53,927 bases of DNA from a virus (Duplodnaviria > Caudoviricetes), in the IMG/VR virus record IMGVR_UViG_3300032299_000709, positions 1-53,927 of that record; one strand, written 5' to 3'. Below the pieces are notes generated by a model. It ran no database searches. It saw only the letters and a program-made list of their open reading frames with translations, and was not told the origin of the DNA. This document shows positions 29,489 to 37,086 of the stretch, piece by piece. Both the position numbers and the translations under genes were made by a program. Numbering within the stretch: position 1 is the stretch's first letter; every line of letters starts with the position of its first letter.

Positions 29489-29664
29489 TGGGTTGGATCG
29501 CCGCTTGTGTGCTTGTGGGTATGCTTCTACCCTTATTGGGTATGTTGTACATGGACGTGCTGCAAACAAAGCACGAGTCCAAGATACAAATTGAAAAGAT
29601 GGAAAAATTACGCAGAGAATTTGAAAAGGAAAAACGCAATGCAAACACCGATAGACCCCAATGA
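29488..29664 (+). CDS. small membrane protein
   Basis: TGATG overlap; N-terminal TM then charged helix. Confidence 0.6.
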   Translation: MGWIAACVLVGMLLPLLGMLYMDVLQTKHESKIQIEKMEKLRREFEKEKRNANTDRPQ

Positions 29665-29908
29665 TAAAACTGTTAAACATTTCATTTACTACTATGCGTG
29701 GTTTTGGGCATCAACTTCAGTTTTGTACTTTTTTTGCGTAACCTTTATTTTGTTGCCTGACGGCGGCAGAGACTTTGCCAACATCATTTTGGGCTTCTTG
29801 CTGGGTACGGCAGTTGCTAACATTATTTCGTTTTTCTATGGGTCAAGCAAATCGAGCAAAGACAAGACTGAGGCCATGATGAAAGCAGTCGATGCTAAGT
29901 CTATTTAA
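29639..29908 (+). CDS. putative holin (2 TM)
   Basis: AAGGA SD; two TM helices ending FFYGSSKSS; upstream of spanins. Confidence 0.6.
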   Translation: MQTPIDPNDKTVKHFIYYYAWFWASTSVLYFFCVTFILLPDGGRDFANIILGFLLGTAVANIISFFYGSSKSSKDKTEAMMKAVDAKSI

Positions 29909-30365
29909 TCCATACGTCCTGCTTGGCCTTGTCTTGGCAGTGCTGGGTAGTTTTGGTGCTGGGTATTACAACGGTGAGCAGAATGAGCATGATCGCCAGC
30001 AACTTAAAATTGCCGAGCTTAATGATGCGGCAAGGGTAAAGGAACAAGCCCTTATAAACGTTGTTCAAACTCAATCCACCAAACTTCAAAAGGCAAATCA
30101 AGATGCAAAAGCTGCTCAACAAAAGCGCAATGCTGACATTGACTCTGGTACTTTCAGGTTGCGAGTCCCTATCAAAACCCCCATCTGCCCCCTATACACC
30201 ACCACAGATACCCCCGTTGCCAGCGGAGATAGCGTCCAAGCAACAACCGAACTTGACCGAGAGACTGCTAAAGCTCTTATCGCCATTACAGAAGATGGAG
30301 ACGCCGCCATTAGAAAGCTCAACTCCTGTATTGACTCCTACGAAACCTTAAGAAGCCTGAGATGA
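29892..30365 (+). CDS. i-spanin (Rz-like)
   Basis: N-terminal TM, coiled coil, RLRVP, GD.AI..LNSC...Y. Confidence 0.8.
   Translation: MLSLFNPYVLLGLVLAVLGSFGAGYYNGEQNEHDRQQLKIAELNDAARVKEQALINVVQTQSTKLQKANQDAKAAQQKRNADIDSGTFRLRVPIKTPICPLYTTTDTPVASGDSVQATTELDRETAKALIAITEDGDAAIRKLNSCIDSYETLRSLR
30103..30351 (+). CDS. o-spanin lipoprotein (Rz1-like), nested in Rz
   Basis: +1 frame; signal peptide with lipobox LSGC, Pro-rich mature part. Confidence 0.75.
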   Translation: MQKLLNKSAMLTLTLVLSGCESLSKPPSAPYTPPQIPPLPAEIASKQQPNLTERLLKLLSPLQKMETPPLESSTPVLTPTKP

Positions 30366-30565
30366 CCATCTACATTCCACTGCTTTATATTTGCATAGCA
30401 ATGGAATGTAAGTTTTTTCAGTCAGAAATTTACACCTTGGATAAGCAAAAGTGTGAACAAGAAATTGCTCAACAGAAAATTCAAATTACCAAACAAGGCA
30501 ATACCGTTGCGGCAATTTGTGTTGACATGGAAATTAAAGTAGATAAATACAACACTGTTTATTAA
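30362..30565 (+). CDS. small Cys-containing hypothetical protein
   Basis: ATGA overlap; 67 aa, AT-rich. Confidence 0.6.
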   Translation: MTIYIPLLYICIAMECKFFQSEIYTLDKQKCEQEIAQQKIQITKQGNTVAAICVDMEIKVDKYNTVY

Positions 30566-30643
30566 ACTTTGAACAAATCACATTAAGTTTCACGCGGTTG
30601 TCATTGATTTAGTTTAATTTCAGACAACTTAATTGGAGTTGTC

Positions 30644-31603
30644 ATGGGCAAAACTGTTTACAACGATCAAGAGTTTATTGAACTTTGGAAAACTCATGAA
30701 TCTGCCAGTGCCTTTGCCAAAGCTGTTGGCATGGACATGCGCAATATCATCAGACGCAAAAACAATTTAGAAGCTAGGTACGGCGAACCACTAAAGTCAA
30801 AGAATAGTAAACAGCAAACCATCAAAGAAAACTCAGTTCGTAAATTATTGGGGATTGAAAATGGGACTGTTGTCGTTTTTAGTGACGCTCATTTTTGGCC
30901 CGGCATCCATACAACAGCGTATAGGGGACTTCTTTGGGCAATTAAAGAATTTCAGCCAAAGGCTGTTATTGCTAATGGAGACATATTCGATGGAGCTAGT
31001 ATTTCTCGCTATGACCCTCATGGCTTTAGTTCAGTACCGTCCGTAGTTCAAGAACTAAAAGCCTGTGAATTGGCAATGGGTGAGATTGAAGAAGCGGCAA
31101 AAAAAGCAAGACACAATGTAAATCTTGTCTGGACGTTGGGTAACCATGACGCAAGGTTTGAGAACCGCTTAGCTGCCAATGCACCTCAGTACGAATTTGT
31201 CAAAGGCTTTTCTTTAAAAGATCATTTTCCTGCGTGGCATTCTTGTTGGTCTTGTTGGCCCACTGAACAAGTAGTGGTCAAGCACCGTTGGAAGGGGGGC
31301 CTGCATGCCACTCACAATAACGCCGTCCAATCGGGCGTCTCAATTTGTACGGGTCATTTGCACAGCTTAAAGGTAACGCCATTTGCAGATTACCAAGGCA
31401 ATAGGTTTGGCGTCGATACTGGCACGTTAGCGGACACAAACGGCCCTCAGTTTATAAATTATCTTGAGGACTCGCCAACCAATTGGCGCAGCGGCTTTGC
31501 TATCCTGACGTTTTATGAGGGCAGGTTGCTGTGGCCTGAGTTAGTTTATAGTTGGGGCGCTGAAAACAAAATAGAGTTTAGGGGTAAAGTGTATGACGTC
31601 TGA
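30644..31603 (+). CDS. calcineurin-like metallophosphoesterase with N-terminal HTH-like region
   Basis: SDAH, NGDIFD, GNHD, GHLH motifs. Confidence 0.85.
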   Translation: MGKTVYNDQEFIELWKTHESASAFAKAVGMDMRNIIRRKNNLEARYGEPLKSKNSKQQTIKENSVRKLLGIENGTVVVFSDAHFWPGIHTTAYRGLLWAIKEFQPKAVIANGDIFDGASISRYDPHGFSSVPSVVQELKACELAMGEIEEAAKKARHNVNLVWTLGNHDARFENRLAANAPQYEFVKGFSLKDHFPAWHSCWSCWPTEQVVVKHRWKGGLHATHNNAVQSGVSICTGHLHSLKVTPFADYQGNRFGVDTGTLADTNGPQFINYLEDSPTNWRSGFAILTFYEGRLLWPELVYSWGAENKIEFRGKVYDV

Positions 31604-31805
31604 CCTAGTGTCTTATCTTAGATCTGAAATCAAAGAACTGCATAACATTTTGCATGAAACGCAACTTGCTTTGGCGCAAGCAAACGACAGACTTAACAGG
31701 CGGTCTGAACCTTTAACTGAAGAGCGTATATACAGCTTGTATAGGCGTAGCTTGGATTGGCGGCAGTTAGCTAAAGACGTAGAAGCAGAGCACGGCATTG
31801 AATAA
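31593..31805 (+). CDS. hypothetical protein
   Basis: Coupled ORF ending PLTEERI...VEAEHGIE. Confidence 0.6.
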   Translation: MTSDLVSYLRSEIKELHNILHETQLALAQANDRLNRRSEPLTEERIYSLYRRSLDWRQLAKDVEAEHGIE

Positions 31806-31829
31806 AAAAGGGGAGTCCGAAGACTCCCC
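31805..31829 (-). terminator. intrinsic terminator between convergent genes
   Basis: AAAAA-GGGGAGTC-CGAA-GACTCCCC (UUCG loop and U tail on the minus strand). Confidence 0.75.
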
Positions 31830-31849
31830 TAAAGACAACTGCATAAATA

Positions 31850-32134
31850 TTATGCCACACGTTTCCAGACTAATCCATCTTCGTCTTCTACGGTCTCTCC
31901 AATTTCGTATTCGTCGAATTCTTCGTCTTCGTCGGTTTCGTCTTCGTCAACTTCTTCTTCATCGCACTGATATTCGTAGTCTTCGGTAACGTCATAGTCA
32001 ACGCACCAGCCATGGTCTTTTTGGAATTGGATGAATTCCTGAATGATTGCGATCTTGTCAAAATCTTCTGTCTCAACAGTTACCATGTCTGAACTAAAAT
32101 CCCAATCTGCAATGTCAATCTCAATCTTGTACAT
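31850..32134 (-). CDS. highly acidic small protein (moron-like)
   Basis: ATG at 32134 after AAGGGG; about 37 of 94 residues are D/E; own terminator. Confidence 0.75.
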   Translation of the reverse strand: MYKIEIDIADWDFSSDMVTVETEDFDKIAIIQEFIQFQKDHGWCVDYDVTEDYEYQCDEEEVDEDETDEDEEFDEYEIGETVEDEDGLVWKRVA

Positions 32135-32239
32135 AATGTTCCCCTTGGTTATGGCGTGATTGCCAATTAAAATCCTATCTTTAATTTGTGACAGCTTCCA
32201 CCAGCAACCCATTGATTTTTACAACGAAAGGTTAAAGAA

Positions 32240-32704
32240 ATGAACTTATCAGCCAATTTTTCTTTGAAAGAAATGACAAGATCAGATGCAGCCACTAGAT
32301 TGGGCCTGAATAACACGCCTGACGAGAAAACCATTGACAACCTAAAGACTTTGTGTGAAAAGGTGCTCCAGCCCATCCGCGACCACTTTGGCAAAACTGT
32401 CACCGTGACATCGGGTTTTCGCTCTTCAGAGACTAATCAAGCGATTGGAGGCTCTAAGTCCTCAGACCACGTGAAGGGCCAAGCAGCCGATATTGAGATT
32501 GCTGGCGTCCCCAACGCTGAGCTGGCTCAGTGGATTATGGACAACCTTGACTATACACAATTAATCTTGGAATTCTACACACAGGGTATACCCGACTCTG
32601 GGTGGGTTCACGTCAGCTTTGACCCCAATAACCTCAAGAAGCAAGAACTGACAGCTGTCAAAGTTGCTGGTAAAACCCAATACCTTGCCGGTCTTGTAGC
32701 CTAA
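32240..32704 (+). CDS. endolysin, peptidase M15A family
   Basis: LSANFSLKE, SGFRS..N..IGG...SDH..GQAADI, WVHVS. Confidence 0.9.
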   Translation: MNLSANFSLKEMTRSDAATRLGLNNTPDEKTIDNLKTLCEKVLQPIRDHFGKTVTVTSGFRSSETNQAIGGSKSSDHVKGQAADIEIAGVPNAELAQWIMDNLDYTQLILEFYTQGIPDSGWVHVSFDPNNLKKQELTAVKVAGKTQYLAGLVA

Positions 32705-32735
32705 TTATGCAACTTTAAGAAATGTTATTTTTATC

Positions 32736-32810
32736 TTGACTGCTTTGGTTATTAAAGTAAAATCTATGCGGGGCTCGTGCGCCCGCAAGAAGCCGCGTAT
32801 TGCGGCTTTC
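32736..32810 (+). promoter_or_regulatory. late promoter + GTGCGCCC hairpin + terminator, module 3
   Basis: TTGACT-16-TAAAAT; GCGGGGC-TCGT-GCGCCCGC; GAAGCCGC/GCGGCTTTC. Confidence 0.65.
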
Positions 32811-32827
32811 TCATTTGTGGAGCAAAT

Positions 32828-34243
32828 ATGGCAACAGCAAACAATCCGTTTGATCTAAATAAAACGACAGGCAAGGACCTGCTTAGCGCAGCCACGACTG
32901 CCATTGCTGCGCCGCAAGCCACCGGCTACAACGCTGCAACAGCTGGGGCAACCGGCTTTACGGCTAAGGACGCTAACCCGTTTGGGTACAACGCCAGCAC
33001 CATGACCGGCCAAGGCTATGACGCTGCCTCGCGTACATCTGAGGGTTACAACGCGGGTACGCGTACATCTGAGGGTTACAACGCGGGTACGCGTACGGCA
33101 ACCGGCTACAACGCTTCTGGAGCTCTTGGCACAAACTGGAACGTCAACAACGACCAAACGGTTCAAGGGCAAATTGGCGGCCTCATTGCCGCTAACTCTC
33201 CTTTGCTTCAACAAGCCCGAGCCAACTCTTTAGCTCAAATGAACCAACGCGGTTTGACCAATTCAAGCATGGCTTTGGGCGAAGGTCAAAAGGCGGTTTT
33301 TTCAGCAGCACTTCCCATTGCTACGCAAGACGCCAGCACCTTTGCCAACGCCGCGCAAGTCAACGCCAATGCAGCAAATCAGCTGGCTCAATTCAATGCC
33401 GGCCAAACCAATCAAGCACTTGGCTTTACCGCCAACGCACAAAACCAAGCCGGCTCAGAAAACTTGGCCGCTCAGAATCAAGCTCTTGGATTCACCGCTT
33501 CTGCCAAAAACCAAGCCGGCTCAGAAAACTTGGCCGCTCAGAATCAAGCTCTTGGATTCACCGCTTCTGCCAAAAACCAAGCTGGCTCAGAAAACTTGGC
33601 CGCTAAGAATCAAGCTCTTGGCTTTACGTCTACTGCGGCCAATCAAGCCGCTGCTCAAAATCAAGCCGCGGCAAATCAAGCCATGCAGTTTGGCGCAAAC
33701 ACAGCTAGCCAAGCGTCATTGGCTAATGCTGCTGCGGCTAACCAAGCGGCTCAATTTACGGCTGGCGCAACAAACCAAGCTGCTGCTCAAAATGCGGCTA
33801 ATCAAAACCAAGCTGCTCAATTCACTGCCGCTAACCAGACCGATGTGTCTAAGCAGTACGCCACTTCTTTGAACAACACTGTTCAAGCCATGATGGACCA
33901 GTCAATGAAGTACGCGTTGACCAATGCTGATGCGCAGACTAAGATTGAATTGCAAAACATTGATTCATCGACCCGCCAATCTTTGGCGGCTACAGAGGCT
34001 ACTTACAAAAACCAGATGCAGGCATCGGCCAGCGCCAATGAGGTTTTTCAGCAAGTGTCCAAGAACATTGCTGACATCATGGCCAACCCCGATCTAAGCG
34101 CAGACGCTAAGGACGCCGTCAACGGCGTCACGCCAAAACAGGCTGCGGTCAACATGCAAAAAACTTACTTGCAGAATTCGCTTGAAATTCTTAGCGCAAC
34201 TTCTGGCATTGCTGGCCTTAAAACTTTGCTTAACTTTACATGA
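32828..34243 (+). CDS. internal virion/ejection protein, A/N/Q-rich
   Basis: GGAG SD; SPLLQQA...NQRGLTNSS...ALPIATQDA. Confidence 0.7.
   Translation: MATANNPFDLNKTTGKDLLSAATTAIAAPQATGYNAATAGATGFTAKDANPFGYNASTMTGQGYDAASRTSEGYNAGTRTSEGYNAGTRTATGYNASGALGTNWNVNNDQTVQGQIGGLIAANSPLLQQARANSLAQMNQRGLTNSSMALGEGQKAVFSAALPIATQDASTFANAAQVNANAANQLAQFNAGQTNQALGFTANAQNQAGSENLAAQNQALGFTASAKNQAGSENLAAQNQALGFTASAKNQAGSENLAAKNQALGFTSTAANQAAAQNQAAANQAMQFGANTASQASLANAAAANQAAQFTAGATNQAAAQNAANQNQAAQFTAANQTDVSKQYATSLNNTVQAMMDQSMKYALTNADAQTKIELQNIDSSTRQSLAATEATYKNQMQASASANEVFQQVSKNIADIMANPDLSADAKDAVNGVTPKQAAVNMQKTYLQNSLEILSATSGIAGLKTLLNFT
33031..33630 (+). repeat. coding repeats: 30 bp x2 (33031-33090) and 66 bp x~3 (from 33441)
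   Basis: Encode RTSEGYNAGT and NQAGSENLAAQNQALGFTASAK. Confidence 0.85.
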
Positions 34244-34629
34244 CGAGTGAAGCTCTTCTTGAACCGATCGTCTCTTCAATTCGTAAGGGCACCGCACTAT
34301 CGCGGTATCAGATTCTTGAGTACTTTGCTGATTGGGAAATCATCCCGTTTGATTTTGAAGGACACCATGTCTGTACGATGGTGGCTAAGGGGACAGAGGT
34401 GCACTTTGCGCTTGTTCCTGAGTGGCGGCCCAAGGGCAGCATGCGCGGGGCAATCAGGTCTTTTCTCCAGCCAGTGTTTGAAAGACATGGCTTTTTGACT
34501 ACGCGCGTAGCGCACGGGCGCGCAAATGAAAAAATGTTTGTAAAACGAATCGGGTTCAAACCCACTTGGAAAGACGGGAACGTTGAGTACTACCTGCTTG
34601 GCAGCCTACCATTTGAGAGGAAAATATGA
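34240..34629 (+). CDS. GNAT-like protein of the internal-virion cluster
   Basis: EVHF....WR.K, FVKRIGFK pattern; position like podoviral virion acetyltransferase genes. Confidence 0.5.
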   Translation: MTSEALLEPIVSSIRKGTALSRYQILEYFADWEIIPFDFEGHHVCTMVAKGTEVHFALVPEWRPKGSMRGAIRSFLQPVFERHGFLTTRVAHGRANEKMFVKRIGFKPTWKDGNVEYYLLGSLPFERKI

Positions 34630-35717
34630 TTAAGAAAAATTATCTGTCTCGGGCGCAAACCCGGACAATGGCGTTTGAACATCCTATTGGCGATCCGACC
34701 GGCGGTCCAGCCTATGGTGAAAAGAACGATCCGATCACCGCAATCCTTTCAATTGCAACAATGGCGGGTACTTACGCGGCTGCCGGCACGTTTGCTGCAA
34801 TGACTTTGATGCAAGGTATCACTTTTGCTGGCGCGGCCCTGAGTCTAGTTGGCAACGTGACGGGCAATAAGACCTTATCAAAAATTGGCATGATCGCGGG
34901 TATCGCCGGCGGTGTAGGCATGGCTTACGACTCTTTAATGGGTACAACAACGGGCGGCACCCTTGGCGAGGCTTTTGGAAAATCCTCAGTCACCGACGCA
35001 ATGTTAACCGATCCAAATACTTTGGTCCAAACAGCAACTCCTGTTGTTGATGGCAAGGCTGTTGTGCCCGATGCGTCGGTCGTCGACGTTAACGCCGCAC
35101 CAAATGCAATAGATGGGTCTTACCAAGCTAGAAGTCTTAGCGCGCCTGACGTCAACACCGCTCCTGCCAACGCGGTGACCAGCCCCGCTGCCGATCTCAA
35201 CGCGATGACCACCGCGCCCGGCACCAACCCCCTTAATGCCGGTAATGTTCCCGGTAAAGACATTCTGGGTCGAAACTTGCCTCAGATGTCTTACGTTCCC
35301 GGCATGGGGCCCAATGTGTCTGTAGGAACTGCTCCCACCCCTAGTTTTATGGATTCCGTTAAAGCCGGCAACTACGGCCAAGCCTTGAGCACCGCTGGCG
35401 GCAACGCCATGGACTTGTTGAAGAACAATCCAACAGGCGCCTATGTTGCTGCACAAGCCATCGGTTCTGCGGCTGATTATCTAAGCGGCAAAACCGACGC
35501 CGAACTTGACGCGTTGAAAGCCAACACAGGCTACGCCGACGCAAAAGCTCTTGAAGTCCAAGCTGCTTTGGACCGAGAGAAATTACGCCGTGCCAATTTA
35601 AACGCGGGCTACACTAACGTCAACGCTGGCTTTAAAGTAAATCCCAACGCGGCTGTTGTCCAACCTTTTCAACAGCCCGGCCTTGTAGCCGGTGCTATGC
35701 AACCTCGTCAAGGATAA
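34626..35717 (+). CDS. internal virion/ejection protein with hydrophobic N-terminal helices
   Basis: G/A-rich hydrophobic segments; in the ejection cluster. Confidence 0.6.
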   Translation: MIKKNYLSRAQTRTMAFEHPIGDPTGGPAYGEKNDPITAILSIATMAGTYAAAGTFAAMTLMQGITFAGAALSLVGNVTGNKTLSKIGMIAGIAGGVGMAYDSLMGTTTGGTLGEAFGKSSVTDAMLTDPNTLVQTATPVVDGKAVVPDASVVDVNAAPNAIDGSYQARSLSAPDVNTAPANAVTSPAADLNAMTTAPGTNPLNAGNVPGKDILGRNLPQMSYVPGMGPNVSVGTAPTPSFMDSVKAGNYGQALSTAGGNAMDLLKNNPTGAYVAAQAIGSAADYLSGKTDAELDALKANTGYADAKALEVQAALDREKLRRANLNAGYTNVNAGFKVNPNAAVVQPFQQPGLVAGAMQPRQG

Positions 35718-35727
35718 GGAGAACACC

Positions 35728-36216
35728 ATGGCAACAGGAATTATTCAAGACAAAATGGGCCGCCCTGATGGCGACGACCTGACAACCAAAGCGGTCACCA
35801 AAGACATCAAGATGCCGCCCGAATTGCAAGAGGCCTATGAACGCGTAGTCATCGCTGGCATGAAAGTGATGTTTGCCAAAGAAAGCCACCGCGCCATGCT
35901 GCAAGAAATTCAGAAACCCGGTCCTATGGGCGAGCGCCTTGGAAAAGGTATCGCCGGCTTGATGTTGATGCTTTTCAAGGAATCAAATGACACAATGCCT
36001 CCGGCCGTAATTATTCCAGCGGGCATCAACCTGTTGATGGAAGCTGTAGATTTTATGCGCAAAAGCGGCTTGGCAAAACCAACCAACGCTGAGATTGGCA
36101 ACGGTATTGAAATCATGATGTCTATCATATTGGAAAAGTTTGGCGTTGCTCCTGACAAGATGGCGCAAATGCTGAACCAATACAGCAACGAAAACATTCC
36201 TGAGATGGGAGCTTGA
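35728..36216 (+). CDS. hypothetical protein
   Basis: TAAGGAG SD before ATG at 35728. Confidence 0.75.
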   Translation: MATGIIQDKMGRPDGDDLTTKAVTKDIKMPPELQEAYERVVIAGMKVMFAKESHRAMLQEIQKPGPMGERLGKGIAGLMLMLFKESNDTMPPAVIIPAGINLLMEAVDFMRKSGLAKPTNAEIGNGIEIMMSIILEKFGVAPDKMAQMLNQYSNENIPEMGA

Positions 36217-36217
36217 C

Positions 36218-37078
36218 ATGGCTAGTTTTGGAGGCCTGATCTCGGGCGTTTTGGGCGGAGCCGCCAAAGCCTATGGCGAAGGCGCCCAGATAGAAATGAA
36301 AAAGCAAAGCGAGCTGGATTTACGCAAGCAGCTTTTAGAAGCCGAGTCTGACAAGCGTTTGCGTGAAGACGAGATTAAACGCGAACGTGACATTGCTGAA
36401 GAAAACCGCAAGATGTCGCCTGAGTATCTTACAAAAGTTAAAGATACTGATTTAATAAAATCTCAAGGTGCTATTGAAAACCGCGTAACGTTGGCGCCGC
36501 TTGCAGCTGGAGCCGATATAGCTGAAGGCGGAGCCAAATTAGGAACTCAAATAGCTTTGGCCCCTGCGCAGGCCGCAGCTGCAAAAGTCACGTACGACGC
36601 CGGCAAACCTTTGGATATGGACAAAGCAGCGGATGCCGTTATTGCCAAAATCAAAGAAACAAAAACGCTTTCAGAGAGCCCCGACTTTATCAAGGGCACG
36701 GCTAAGTTGTCAGAAGCTACTAAGGCGGCTGAAATTAAAATGACCCAAATTCGAGCTGACGCTGTTAAAGACAAGCCCTCCGGCGGCAGCGGTAGCAGCA
36801 CGGTCAAAGTGCGCAGCACCTACACCAACAGCGACGGTAACAAAATTGCCGTGATGTCTGACGGTACTGAAAAGACGCTCGGTAAAGCAGCCGACTACGA
36901 CAAAACTATATCTAACTTGGTTACCAAAATGGCCAAGGATGATTACAAATTTGCCAAATTGCCGGAAACTGAAAAGCGCAAGCAAGCAGAACTACGTTTG
37001 CGCGGCCAGCTTGTTGTGCCTAGCAGCGGTCCCAAAGACCTGTCGAAATACGAACGCGACAAAGCAGTAAACGACTAA
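36218..37078 (+). CDS. internal virion protein (coiled coil)
   Basis: GGAG SD; Gly-rich N-terminus followed by charged helix. Confidence 0.65.
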   Translation: MASFGGLISGVLGGAAKAYGEGAQIEMKKQSELDLRKQLLEAESDKRLREDEIKRERDIAEENRKMSPEYLTKVKDTDLIKSQGAIENRVTLAPLAAGADIAEGGAKLGTQIALAPAQAAAAKVTYDAGKPLDMDKAADAVIAKIKETKTLSESPDFIKGTAKLSEATKAAEIKMTQIRADAVKDKPSGGSGSSTVKVRSTYTNSDGNKIAVMSDGTEKTLGKAADYDKTISNLVTKMAKDDYKFAKLPETEKRKQAELRLRGQLVVPSSGPKDLSKYERDKAVND

Positions 37079-37086
37079 GGACCCCC

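Noticed and set aside
33318-33872. 184-aa alternative-frame ORF (also 25152-25694 and 26069-26596)
   Set aside because: The open frames arise from repetitive or Gly-rich coding sequence; no initiation signals.
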